Below, piece by piece: positions 9,432 through 20,400 of a stretch of DNA of 64,000 bases. The DNA lies in the NCBI GenBank assembly GCA_015660855.1, contig JACSDG010000054.1:1981-65980 (forward strand), given 5' to 3'. Positions within the stretch are counted from its first letter, which is position 1. Each line of letters starts with the position of its first letter. The notes beneath the pieces were generated by a model. That model made no database searches, had not been told where the DNA came from, and saw only the letters and a program-made list of their open reading frames with translations. This DNA comes from Magnetococcales bacterium (lineage in GTDB: Bacteria > Pseudomonadota > Magnetococcia > Magnetococcales > UBA8363). Made by a program: the position numbers and the translations under genes.

Positions 9432-10595
9432 ATGAACGGTATGAATCAATTTCCTTCCAAACCTGTCATTCTTACGGTGGATGACACCCCGGCCAACATT
9501 GATGTGGTCAAGGGGGTCCTGTCTGCCGAATTTTTGGTCCAGGTAGCCTTGAGTGGTAAAATGGCACTCAAGATCATTGAAAAAACCGCGCCCGATTTGA
9601 TTCTTCTGGACATCATGATGCCGGAGATGGACGGTTACGAGGTTTGTCGGCGTATCAAGGCCCAGGATGCACTTTGCGACATCCCCATCATCTTTGTCAC
9701 CGCCATGACCGATGTTGAGGATGAAGCCAGGGGTTTGAGCCTTGGTGCCGTGGATTACATGACCAAACCGCTCAGTCCTTCCATTCTTCTGGCACGGGTC
9801 AAAACTCATCTGGAACTTAAACAGTCGCGCGACCTGTTGCGGCGGCAAAATGAAATTCTTGAAAAAAAGGTGGTTGAACGGACCCGACAGATGGAAGAGT
9901 TGCAGGATGTGACCATGGTGGCTATGGGTTCATTGGCCGAGGCCCGTGATCCCGAAACCGGCAACCATATTCGGCGTACCCAGCACTATTTGAAATTGTT
10001 GGCCAATCATCTCAAGGACCATCCCCGTTTTCGGGAGGTGCTTTCCCCCGAAAATGTGACCATCCTGTTCAAGTCAGCCCCGTTGCACGACATTGGTAAG
10101 GTGGGCGTTCCCGATTACATCCTTCTCAAAAGGGGAAAGTTGACCGATACCGAATTCGAGCAGATGAAAAAGCATCCCTTGTACGGTCGTGATGCCATCG
10201 TCTCTGCCGAAAAAAGCATTTCCTACGCCACTAACTTTTTATTGTTTGCCAAGGAGATTGCCTTTTCTCATCATGAAAAGTGGGATGGATCGGGCTATCC
10301 TGAAGGGTTGAAGGGGGACGCCATTCCTGTTTCGGCTCGCTTGATGGCGGTGGCCGATGTTTACGATGCCCTGGTCAGCCGTCGTGTCTACAAGCCACCG
10401 TTTTCCCACGAACGGGCGGTGGATATCATCAGGGAATCTCGGGGAAGCCATTTCGATCCTGATGTGGTGGACGCCTTTTTGGAAATATCGACCGCTTTCC
10501 AGGAAATTGCCCTGAATTTTACCGATTCCGAAGAATCCCTTATGGCCAGGGAGAAAATGTTGCATCTTTCCGATGGGGTGGTTAGTTCGGGGTGA
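9432..10595 (+). CDS. Response regulator with HD-GYP phosphodiesterase domain (RpfG-like)
   Basis: REC domain (VDD, LLDIMMPEMDG, TA, KP) plus ETGNH, LHDIGK, HHEKWDGSGYP. Confidence 0.93.
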   Translation: MNGMNQFPSKPVILTVDDTPANIDVVKGVLSAEFLVQVALSGKMALKIIEKTAPDLILLDIMMPEMDGYEVCRRIKAQDALCDIPIIFVTAMTDVEDEARGLSLGAVDYMTKPLSPSILLARVKTHLELKQSRDLLRRQNEILEKKVVERTRQMEELQDVTMVAMGSLAEARDPETGNHIRRTQHYLKLLANHLKDHPRFREVLSPENVTILFKSAPLHDIGKVGVPDYILLKRGKLTDTEFEQMKKHPLYGRDAIVSAEKSISYATNFLLFAKEIAFSHHEKWDGSGYPEGLKGDAIPVSARLMAVADVYDALVSRRVYKPPFSHERAVDIIRESRGSHFDPDVVDAFLEISTAFQEIALNFTDSEESLMAREKMLHLSDGVVSSG

Positions 10596-10641
10596 ATGGT
10601 TGCCGTATCGTTTGCCGGTTTGCCACTGTAGGTTGCCATTG

Positions 10642-12578
10642 ATGATAAACCATCTTCTTGATCGGGCACAAAATTTTCTCCAAGAGGGGCGTTTGGAGGA
10701 AGCGGGTCGTTGTTGCATGGAGATTCTTGCCTCCCATCCGGACCAGCCTGATGTGCTCCATTGCTTGGGGGTCATTGCGCATCGCTGCGGGCATCACGCA
10801 GACGCGGTGGCGTTGCTCGGTCGGGCTATGGAGAAAGTTGGGGACAATGCCCGGTTGCATGGCGATCTGGGTGATGCCCTTTTGGCTTTGGGGCAGTTGG
10901 ACCAGGCCGGGATCCAATACCGTCAGGCTTTGCGGTTGCAGCCGCGTTTTCCCGAAGCCCTTACCGGCCTGGGTCGGGTGTTGTTGGCGCGGGGAGAGGT
11001 GGATCTGGGGCTGGAAACATTGATGGATGCCCTGGAGGTCAAACCCGATCATATCGATGCCCTCATACATTTGGGGCAAGGGTTGGCGGATCACGGTCAA
11101 AAAGAGGATGCGATTCAATTTTTTTTGCGGGCGTTGGATTTGGAGTCTGAGCATGTGGTGGCCCTTCATGGTTTGGGCTGCCTTTTTTTTGGCTTGGGCC
11201 GCCTGGGGGAGGCCAGAGAATGCCTGCAAAAAGTAGTCGAACGCATGCCTGATCATCTGGACGCCCGAACGCATCTGGGGGTTGTATTGCAAAGGTTGGG
11301 GGCCTGGAATGAGGCCAGGGACATGTTCGATGCGGTGTTGATGTCGCAGCCCGGCAATTACAAGGCACACAATAATTTTGGCAGTGCCTTGTTGGAACAG
11401 GGGCTGTTCGTTGAAGCGGGGGAACAATTCAAGTACGCTTTATCTTGCAAACCTGATTATTTCCAGGCGATCAACAATCTGGGGGTTGCCCTGCAAAAAA
11501 TGGGAAATGTGCCGGCGGCATTGGACCAGTTTCGCCAAGCATTGCGTGAAAAGCCCGACTATTTTGTCGGCAGGCGCAACGTTTGCGGCCCGATTTTGCC
11601 GATGCCCATTTTAACGAGGGGGTGGTTTGGTTGACGCGGGGAGATTTTGACCGGGGGTGGCGGGGGTATGAATGGCGCATGGGGATGGCCAAATACAGGG
11701 ACCATCATGCTTTGCATCCCATTTCGGCGGTTACCGGAATTGCGGGGCGAAGTTTCCTGGTGTTTTGCGAGCAGGGTTTTGGGGATGACATCCAGTTCAT
11801 TCGGTATGTCGGGTGGCTTCGGGAGGCGGGGGCCAGGGTGGTGGTGGCTTGTCCTGGGGAATTGGCGCGGTTGTTTGTGACGGTTGCGGGTGTGGACCAT
11901 TGGGTCGTGGACAACGATATTCCTCCAGCATGCGACTATCAAGTCCTTCTGTTGAGCCTGCCGCTCCTTTTTGGTGCCCGTATGGGAGAGTTTCCCGCTT
12001 CTGTCCCTTATCTTTCGGCCAATCCAGAACGCATGGATGTGTTTCGACAACGTCTGGAGGGCGGGGAGGGGGTTTTTAAGGTGGGCCTTGTCTGGCGTGG
12101 CAATCCAAAACATTTTCATGATCGCCATCGTTCCATGTCTCCGGCCTTGTTTTCCCGATTGAAACAATTGGAAGGCGTATACCTGATTGGCCTGCAAAAG
12201 GGGGCCACGCATGAAGAATTGGCGGTATTTGCGGGGGACAGGTTTTTGGACCTGGGTGGCGAGTTGCATGATTTTGCCGATACGGCGGCGGTGGTGGCCC
12301 AATTGGATTTGGTGATTGCGGTGGATACGTCGGTTGCCCATCTGGCGGGGGCCTTGGGCAGGCCGGTTTGGGTATTGTTGCCAGCGGTTGCCGATTGGCG
12401 TTGGCTCCTGGGGCGGGAGGACAGCCCTTGGTATCCGACCATGCGTTTGTGGCGGCAATCGTCTTTGGGTGACTGGTCAACGGTCATGGACAAGGTTGTC
12501 GAACAATTGCAGTCTGTCATCCAGAGCTTCGCCGGATGCGGCGGAACAACCCTTCTTTCTCATGTGAACTCCCTATGA
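10642..12578 (+). pseudogene. TPR plus GT-B (GT9-like) glycosyltransferase, frameshifted near 11565
   Basis: TPRs in ORF 10573-11634 continue in another frame as RQAQRLRPDFADAHFNE...EQGFGDDIQF...VDTSVAHLAGALG...DWRW...SPWYP (ORF 11583-12578). Confidence 0.8.
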
Positions 12579-14671
12579 AATCAACTCTGCGACATACTTT
12601 GGACTTGGCACTGCAGCACATGCTGGCGGGTCGTTTGGATGAGGCGGGTCACTATTGCCTTGATGTTCTGGGTACGGATCAAAATCAGCACGAGGCGTTG
12701 CACTTGCTGGGATTGATTGCCCACCAGAGGGGGCGTCACGATGAGGGGGCCTTTTTGATCCGTCGATCCATCGATGTGGGGGGCGACATTCCCGAGGCAC
12801 ACAACAATCTGGGCAATGCCCTCAAGGCCATGGGGCAGACGAACGAGGCGGTGGCGAGTTATGCCAAAGCCCTTCTGCTGCGCCCCGATTATGCCAATGC
12901 CCATAATAATATGGGGGCGGCACTCCAAGGATTGGGCAGGCACAGGGAGGCTCTCGATCATTTCAGGCAGGCTTTGGCCCGGCTCGGTCCCGTGCCGGAA
13001 ATTTTCAACAATATGGGAAATGCCTTTCAAGAACTGGGTCAATTGGATGAGGCGGTCGACCATTATCGCCAGGCATTGCGGCTGCGCCCCCAATTTGCCG
13101 AAGCTTTGAACAATCTGGGGCGGGCGTTGCTTGGCCAGGACAAGGTGGATGAGGGGTTGGAACAACTGGCCATGGCGGTTCAGCTCAGGCCCGACTATGT
13201 CGATGCCCTGGTCAATCTGGGCCGTGGTTTGTCGGACAGTGGCCAAAAGGATGAGGCGGCGCGTATTTTTCGTCAGGCGTTGGATATCGATCCCAACCAT
13301 ATCGTCGCCTGCCACAGTCTGGGAGCGGTTTTTCAGGAGTTGGGGCGTCTTGATGAATCGGTGCCTAGTTATTACCGCGCCTTGGAATTGGATCCCAATC
13401 ATCATGAGGCCCGGACCAATCTGGGGGTGGCGTTGCTGGACCAGAAAAAGGTGGAGGATGCGGTGGCCATGTTTGAAAGTGCCCTTGCCATTGCCCCCGA
13501 TTATGTGTTGGCCTGGAACAATCTTGGGGTGGCACGGCAAAATCAAAACCGCATGGAAGAATCGGCGGCGTGCTATCTTCGGGCACTGACCTTGAAGCCG
13601 GATTATTACGAGGCTCTTAACAATCTTGGTGTGGCCTATTACAAACAGGGCAATCTGCTTGAAGCCATAGAAATTTTTATGCAGGTCGAGGAAAAAGCTC
13701 CCGATTATCCCGATGCCTATTACAACGAAGGGATGGCTCGATTGTCCATAGGGCATTTTGAGCGAGGTTGGCTCTACTGCGAATGGCGTCTGAAAATGAA
13801 GGCGTATCGGATTGAGGGCCATGCCGAGCCTTTGCAGGACAGGGCCATGGCCAAGGGTCGGCGTGTTTTGTTGCACTGCGAGCAGGGGATGGGAGACAGC
13901 ATACAATTTATTCGCTACGCCATCATGGTCAAGGAACTTGGGGCCACGGTGGTGGTGTTTTGCCCCAAGGCACTGGAAAAATTATTTTTTTCTGTCAAAG
14001 GGATTGATTATCTGTCGGCTGATGCCGATCTGGTGGGGCATTGTGATCATCGTCTCCCCATTTTAAGTTTGCCGTTTTTTTTCGCGACCGATCTTCACAA
14101 CATGCCGGCAGAGGTTCCCTATATTGCCGTTGATCCTGATCGTGTCGTCACCATGCGCGAGCGGTTGCAGGGGGTGCGTGGGTTGAAGGTGGGTTTGGTT
14201 TGGCGCGGCAATCCGGGGCATTCCAATGACAGCAATCGTTCCATGGATCCTGCTTTCATGTCCGGGTTGTTGGATGTTGCCGGGTGCCGTTTTATTAATT
14301 TGCAGTTGGGGCTGGATGATCGGGAACGGGAGGTTTTTTGCGGGTGGTCGAACTGGTTGGATTTCAGTGGTGAGTTGTCCGACTTCGCCGATACGGCGGC
14401 GTTGGTGTCGCTGTTGGATTTGGTGATTACGGTGGATACGGCGGTGGCGCATTTGACGGGTGCCTTGGGGCGACCGGTGTGGGTTCTGTTGCCCAGGGTG
14501 GCCGACTGGCGTTGGCTCCAGGATCGGGAGGACAGCCCTTGGTATCCGACGATGCGCCTGTTTCGCCAGCCCGATTTTGCCGCATGGGAAACCGTGATGG
14601 CGGAGGTGAGGGCAAAACTGGCCCGTTCGGCCAGTGGCGATATTTCTGTGGTGTGGCCATTGATCGATTAA
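12575..14671 (+). CDS. TPR plus GT-B (GT9-like) glycosyltransferase
   Basis: About 11 TPRs, EQGMGDSIQF, VGLVWRGNP, VDTAVAHLTGALG, DWRW, SPWYP. ATGA overlap with the upstream gene. Confidence 0.9.
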   Translation: MKSTLRHTLDLALQHMLAGRLDEAGHYCLDVLGTDQNQHEALHLLGLIAHQRGRHDEGAFLIRRSIDVGGDIPEAHNNLGNALKAMGQTNEAVASYAKALLLRPDYANAHNNMGAALQGLGRHREALDHFRQALARLGPVPEIFNNMGNAFQELGQLDEAVDHYRQALRLRPQFAEALNNLGRALLGQDKVDEGLEQLAMAVQLRPDYVDALVNLGRGLSDSGQKDEAARIFRQALDIDPNHIVACHSLGAVFQELGRLDESVPSYYRALELDPNHHEARTNLGVALLDQKKVEDAVAMFESALAIAPDYVLAWNNLGVARQNQNRMEESAACYLRALTLKPDYYEALNNLGVAYYKQGNLLEAIEIFMQVEEKAPDYPDAYYNEGMARLSIGHFERGWLYCEWRLKMKAYRIEGHAEPLQDRAMAKGRRVLLHCEQGMGDSIQFIRYAIMVKELGATVVVFCPKALEKLFFSVKGIDYLSADADLVGHCDHRLPILSLPFFFATDLHNMPAEVPYIAVDPDRVVTMRERLQGVRGLKVGLVWRGNPGHSNDSNRSMDPAFMSGLLDVAGCRFINLQLGLDDREREVFCGWSNWLDFSGELSDFADTAALVSLLDLVITVDTAVAHLTGALGRPVWVLLPRVADWRWLQDREDSPWYPTMRLFRQPDFAAWETVMAEVRAKLARSASGDISVVWPLID

Positions 14672-14802
14672 AAAGAAAAATAATGAATAAAGCTTCTACC
14701 GAGAGTATTCACGATTTGACTCTTGAAGTTTGTCTAAAGACAAAAATAGTGGACCTTCCTAGTGTTCTGGAGTAGCCTGGAACAAGGAGGCGTGAGTACA
14801 GA

Positions 14803-15294
14803 ATGGATACATCGATGGCGTTTGATACCCTGGCCTATGCAAAAAAACTCAAGGCTGTTGGTTTTACCGACGACCAGGCGGAAACCCAGGTGCTTTTGTT
14901 GTCCGAAGTCCTGGCAACGCAGCTTTCAACCAAGGCCGATATTGCCCAGGTGGATGTGCATATCCTGGAGATCAGGCGGGATATTGAGCTTATCAGACGT
15001 GACATGAAGGAAATGGATACCGGACTCAAGCGCGATATGGAGGCGATGGAGACCGGACTTAAGCACGACATGAGGGAGATGGAGACCGGACTCAAGCGCG
15101 ACATGAAGGAGATGGAGACCGGACTCAAGCGCGATATGAAGGAGATGGAGACCGGACTCAAGCGCGATATGAAGGAGATGGAGACTGGATTCAAACGCGA
15201 AATGAAAGCACTTGAGGATCGTATGGTCATCAAGCTTGGTGGTTTGATGGTCGTGGCTGTGGGGGCCATGGCGACCTTGATTAAAATTCTTTGA
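14803..15294 (+). CDS. DUF1640/CCDC90-like protein with 11-aa repeats
   Basis: AFDTLAYAKKLKAVGF head, LSTKAD neck, (KRDMKEMETGL)x6, C-terminal transmembrane helix. Confidence 0.88.
   Translation: MDTSMAFDTLAYAKKLKAVGFTDDQAETQVLLLSEVLATQLSTKADIAQVDVHILEIRRDIELIRRDMKEMDTGLKRDMEAMETGLKHDMREMETGLKRDMKEMETGLKRDMKEMETGLKRDMKEMETGFKREMKALEDRMVIKLGGLMVVAVGAMATLIKIL
14995..15192 (+). repeat. 33-nt tandem repeat x6 (hendecad)
   Basis: Unit AAGCGCGATATGAAGGAGATGGAGACCGGACTC with few substitutions. Confidence 0.95.
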
Positions 15295-15492
15295 TGCTGC
15301 TGACTGGATACTTTTTTTGCGTGGATGGATTGTGTTGGAATGTCTGGGGGAAGTCTGGTGCGTGGTTGTTTCGGGGGAGCCTGGGTTTCTGGCAGCTTGA
15401 GGCTCTATGGCGTCGGACTTGCCATGTTCAAGGTGATGGAGAAAAACTTAATGTGGTGCAGAAAACTATCTGAGTTGGACGTTGATGCGGGG

Positions 15493-16167
15493 ATGGCTTT
15501 TGTCCAAGGTCGGAAGCGTCAGGGTAGGGGGGTGGGTTGGCGTTCCGTCATGGCCGTTCTTGGTCTCGTGTCCTGGACCTTTCTTTTTTCCCCCCCGCGT
15601 GTCCATGCTGGTTCCTCTACGGATGGCAAACCCGCCGCGCATGGTAAATCCGCTGTGCACGGCAAATCCGCCGCACGAGGCAAATCCGTCGCGCACGGCA
15701 AATCCGTCGCACGAGGCAAATCCGCCACGCCAAGCAAGTCTTCGGGCCATGGCAAATCCGCCACGCCAGGTAAGTCTTCGGGTCATGGCAAATCCGCTGC
15801 GCCAGTTAAATCGGCTTCACAATCGAAGCCTGATGGTGCCAAGACGAAGTGGGTGGCTTGTGTAACCAATGGAGACAAGAAAGATAAGTCTGTTTCTGTT
15901 TTTTGGTATACGGGCAAGAACAGGAAAGACAGCTGCGATTCCAGTGTGGTGATTCCTCCTCAGGGAAACCATATTTTCGGTTGCCAGCTTTCTGCGGGCA
16001 CCCCCGACACGCAGCTTGTTGTCTATGGCAAAAAAAACCAGACACGGGTCAATGTTTGGATTGGTGTAGGGAAGAGTGAGAAAGGTCAACAGCCCTGTGG
16101 CAAAGGCAACTCGTCTACGATTGTAAAAAAAGGGGAGGATTTGGCGATCCAGACCGGGGAATCGTGA
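15493..16167 (+). CDS. Exported hypothetical protein with GKSxxH/R hexapeptide repeats and a 4-Cys C-terminal domain
   Basis: Basic n-region, hydrophobic h-region and VHA cleavage site, then repeats. Start uncertain. Confidence 0.65.
   Translation: MAFVQGRKRQGRGVGWRSVMAVLGLVSWTFLFSPPRVHAGSSTDGKPAAHGKSAVHGKSAARGKSVAHGKSVARGKSATPSKSSGHGKSATPGKSSGHGKSAAPVKSASQSKPDGAKTKWVACVTNGDKKDKSVSVFWYTGKNRKDSCDSSVVIPPQGNHIFGCQLSAGTPDTQLVVYGKKNQTRVNVWIGVGKSEKGQQPCGKGNSSTIVKKGEDLAIQTGES
15625..15822 (+). repeat. 18-nt tandem repeat x11
   Basis: Unit GGCAAATCCGCCGCACGA-like, encoding GKSAAH/GKSVAR/GKSSGH. Confidence 0.9.
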
Positions 16168-16177
16168 GTGTGCGTGT

Positions 16178-16290
16178 CGCTCCCCCTCTGGCGGGGTTTG
16201 GGGCAGCACCCCAAGGTTTTGTTTCTAGGATTTAAACAAAAAGCTCCCTTCACTTGTTTTTGATTTGTGCCCGAAGGGTGTCATGTCCTT
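16178..16290. repeat. Intergenic modular hairpin repeat
   Basis: GGGGTTTGGGGCAGCACCCCAAGGTTTTG and TGCCCGAAGGGTGTCATGT are reverse complements of modules at 53641-53700. Confidence 0.6.
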
Positions 16291-16353
16291 CGGGTTCTCA
16301 CTGTCTTAGTGTGGTATGGCATTGTTGCCCCAGAGAGAAGAAGTGGATACCCT

Positions 16354-16749
16354 ATGAGAACGCTCAAATGGATCGTGGTTTTTTGCGTGTTTGGAGTGGC
16401 CGGAATGGGGAGTGCTTGGGCGGATCGGCGCCATCACAGCCATTTCAGTGTCGAGTTTGAGTCTTATTGGGGACCGAGGTATTATCGGCCTTACTACTAT
16501 TCTCCGGTGATTATCGAGCGACCCGCCCCGCAGGTGATCATTGAGCGACCCGCCCCGCAGGTGTACGTTGAGCGACCCGCCCCGCAGGTGTACGTTGAGC
16601 GTCAACCTGCTCCGGCCTCTGCTTCTGTCGTGGAAGAGCCTGTTGATTATTGGTACTATTGCGCTGCGTCGAAGGGGTATTACCCTTACGTCAAAAAATG
16701 TTCGAGTGCATGGAAAAAAGTGCCCATGCGGCCAGCCGGCGAGCCTTGA
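16354..16749 (+). CDS. Exported Pro/Tyr-rich protein with ERPAPQVxx repeats and WYYC...GYYPYVxxC domain
   Basis: Signal peptide ending AWA; 27-nt repeat x3 from 16516; C-terminal 2-Cys motif. Confidence 0.75.
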   Translation: MRTLKWIVVFCVFGVAGMGSAWADRRHHSHFSVEFESYWGPRYYRPYYYSPVIIERPAPQVIIERPAPQVYVERPAPQVYVERQPAPASASVVEEPVDYWYYCAASKGYYPYVKKCSSAWKKVPMRPAGEP

Positions 16750-16770
16750 GATGGAAAGGTTGTTTGTGTG

Positions 16771-17364
16771 ATGAAATCGTCCATTATTTTGTTTTTGGCA
16801 CTGTTTGTTGTCGCAATTTTTGCTGGGTGTGCGACTGTGCCATCTGGACCGAGCACCCGGGTTTTGCCTGGGAGTGGCATGAGTTTTGATCGATTTCGCT
16901 TGGATGATGACAAGTGCCGTCATTATGCTGAGGATATGGTTGGAAATCCCGATGAGGCCCAGGTTGGTCTCAATACGACAATTTTGAGTACCGCTGTGGG
17001 TGTGTTGGCTGGTGCCGCGTTGGGAGGGCGAAAGGGTGCGGCTATCGGCGGAGGGGCCGGATTGTTGTTGGGGGGTGCGTTGGGTGCCGATGCAAGCCAG
17101 ACGACGAGTCGGGATGCCCAGAGGCGTTACGATGATTCCTATATCCAGTGCATGTATGCCAGTGGACATCAGGTTCCGGTGTCGGGTGTCGTGGAGCGTA
17201 CCGTTGAGAGGACGGTCGTTCGGGACGTGGTGCCGTCACAAGGGGTTTCTTCTTCGGAGGCGAAGGATCCAAGTTCCGGGACGCAGGCTCCTCGTCGGGA
17301 AACCATACCGCCCCCCCCTCCAGGCTATCCACCGCCCCCCCCTCCGGGAAGTCTGTCGCCGTAA
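16771..17364 (+). CDS. Glycine-zipper lipoprotein
   Basis: Lipobox FAGC, GxxxG zipper, QRRYDDSYIQCMYASGHQVP, poly-Pro tail. Confidence 0.85.
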   Translation: MKSSIILFLALFVVAIFAGCATVPSGPSTRVLPGSGMSFDRFRLDDDKCRHYAEDMVGNPDEAQVGLNTTILSTAVGVLAGAALGGRKGAAIGGGAGLLLGGALGADASQTTSRDAQRRYDDSYIQCMYASGHQVPVSGVVERTVERTVVRDVVPSQGVSSSEAKDPSSGTQAPRRETIPPPPPGYPPPPPPGSLSP

Positions 17365-17450
17365 TCGGGACGGGCTGTGATCATCGACGCAGATCTACTC
17401 TAAGTTTTTTTTGGTAACGCAGATATGACCCTTGCGGAGGAGATTAAAAA

Positions 17451-20400
17451 ATGAGTTTGTCAATAAGACCAAATTCATTGGAAGCGACCTCCCATAGTGT
17501 TACCCCGGAGACGATCGCGGGTGATGGTGTTGGAGCTGGTTTGGATTTGGTGGTTCCCGATGTGGCTTTGCTTCTCGAGGGTCACTATCGGCGTGTCGGC
17601 GATGATTTGGAAATTCGCGGGCCTGATGGCCAGTCATGGACGGTGGATGGCTATTTTGTCTATGCGCATCCACCGGTGTTACTGGCCCCCAATGGTGCTG
17701 TGTTACTCCCGGAGATTGTGCAGTCGCTTTTGGTCATCGATCCCGTTCATGGGGCCACTTTGGTTGCAGGTCCCACCATGGTGGTTGAGGTTCCTCCTGT
17801 CATAGGAAAAGTGGGAGAAATCGTCGGCCAGGTCACGGCCAGGGGCACCGGTGGCGTTGAACGTTCCCTCAAAGAGGGAGACGTTATCTTCAAGGGCGAT
17901 GTGCTTCAGACCAAAAAGGGGGAATTGATCAAACTGGTCTTCCCCGATGGTACCGTTTTTCAGTTGGGTGAAGAGGCACGGGCCGTCATCGATAAATTTA
18001 TCTTCAGTCCTGCCACCAGAGAGGGTGGTTTTGAAGCGACGGTAACCAAGGGTATTTTCAGTTTTGAAAGTGGTGCCATTTCCAGTCTGAATGCCGGTCG
18101 CCACTCCACCATTAAAACACCGACCGCAGTTGTCGGAATTCGTGGCAGCCAGTTGTCGGGCGAGGTTACGGCAGACGGTTCGACGACGGTGGTGCACTCT
18201 GCCGGAATCCTGGATATTTCTGACGCCAGAGGACAGGGAACGGTGACTTTGGTGGAACCTGGTTCGGCTACCCAGGTGGTTTTTGGGGTGGGTGCTCCGG
18301 AGCCGGTATTCAAGGCCCCCGCCAGTTTCATCTCCCGTTTGGAAAGTCAGTTGGATATCCAAAAGGTAAAAGAAGAACAAAAAAAAGAGGATTCCGGGAA
18401 CAAGCCAGAACAAAAACCTGAAGGAAAAAAAGAGACCATCCAAGAGGAAGGAGGGCCAAAGGAAAGTAAAAACGAGGGTGCTCCAGGAGAAAAAACAGGG
18501 GAAACAAAAACCGAATCGCAAACCGAGGCGATTGATGATGCCGAAGAAACCATTGCCGATCCGGATGTAACTACAGAACAGGTGGAAAGTGCCTCGGTGT
18601 CGGAAACCACCGTGGCAAAAAATGCCGAAGAGGGCGTGCGAGTGCCATCGTCCAGTGGGATGGACGACGTTGGAAAAATGGGATCCAATAGTGACGGGGT
18701 TTCTTCTGGTGCAATGGAAGTCATGGATCCCCTTACGGCAGGAATGGATTTGGGTGTGGGATCCCTGGCCGATTTGATCGGGACTGGTGGGGCCATGGAA
18801 GGGGCATTGGTCGAGGTGGGGGCCGTGGGTGAGACGTTGGGCCCCGCGCCAGTTTCTGTTTCCGCACCGCCTCAAATAACCTTGGTGTCCCAAGGGATTT
18901 CCGGAGTTGATCCGGTACCCACTCCGGATTTGCCGACAGAAAAAATTTTGGATACAGCCACAGAGGTTAAAAAACCGTTGGCACCGGACTCGCCTTCGCC
19001 AGATGAACCTGCGGGGGAGCCTGAATTAAATCTGGAAGATCTTTCAGGCGGTTCTGAGTTTGCGGCCACTCCAGATTTGGAAGCTTTGTCCGCTTTGGTG
19101 GAATCTGCGCCAGCACAACCCGCCCCGGTTGAAACCGCTCCAACGCAACCCGCCCCGGTTGAACCCGCTCCAACGCAACCCGTCACAACAAATCCCACCG
19201 TGACAGAATCTGTTTTTACAGAACTCTTTCCCACAATGGAAACTTCTTCGGAACCACCTCCGGAAATGGTACCGACCGACGTACTTCCTCCGCCCGAACC
19301 CGTTGTAAGCCCGATTGAACCTCTGGTCTCTTTGACCCCTCCCGTTGCAGACAGAAGTGTCAGCACAACGTTGACCGTTCCGGGTGGAGGAAGTTCCCAA
19401 GGGCAAATTTTCACTGAAAGGCCAAGTATTGCGTACATCAATGCTCCCCCCACAGGATCGGTTATCATTACCGGGGAACTTATTCAGGGGCAAACCCTGA
19501 CGGTGTCCAATACCCTGGCAGATGTGGGTGGATTGGGGATGATTCATTATCATTGGTGGGGGAACGATATTCAAATTTCCGATGCCACAGGTTCCACTTT
19601 GTTTTTGACCGAGCCTTATGTGGGCAAAGCCATCAGAGTCGTGGCGGAATATACCGATGGTCATGGAGTGGCGGAACGGGTTGAGAGCAATATCACCAGC
19701 CTGGTTGCCAACACCAACGACTTTCCCGCAGGATCGGTAACCCTTGTCGGCGACATGGTAGAAGGGCAAACACTGACGGTTTTCAACACCGTTGTGGACG
19801 CCGATGGGGCGGGAATCATTGCCTACCGCTGGCAGGCGGATGGGGAGGATATCGTCAATGTCCCCAATAACAGGCTCATTTTGACAGATGACCAGGTCGG
19901 TAAAATTATCAGAGTTGTTGCAAGTTATACCGATGGCCATGGCACACTGGAGAATGTCATCGGTACGGCGGAAAGCCGGGTGGCCAACATTGACGATATC
20001 CCTACCGGATCGGTGTTCATCTCCGGAGATCTTGTTCAGGGTGGTATCCTGGTAGCTACAAATACTTTGGACGATGAAGATGGTCTTGGAGAGATTGGAT
20101 ACCAGTGGCGGGTGGATGGTTTTGCTGCGGCTGTTGGTGACCGCCTTGTCTTGACCGAGACCCATGTAGGCAAGGTGATCACTGTCAAAGCGGGTTATAC
20201 CGACGGCCACGGAGAGGAAACAGAGGTCGTGAGCGGTCCAACCGGGGTGGTTGCCAACCTTAATGATCTTCCGGCAGGATCGGTAACTATCGGTGGAAAT
20301 CCTCTCCAGGGACAAACGTTGACGGCAATCTCTTCCTTGACCGATTTGGATGGGATGGGTCCTGTAAGCTTTCAATGGTTTGCCGATGGGACTGCCGTGA

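Noticed and set aside
15625-15822. Repeated GKS as Walker A motifs
   Set aside because: Low-complexity tandem repeat in an exported protein, with no beta-strand/P-loop context.
14995-16600. Short tandem repeats as CRISPR or DGR template/variable repeats
   Set aside because: They are spacerless, in-frame coding repeats, and their differences are not adenine-specific.
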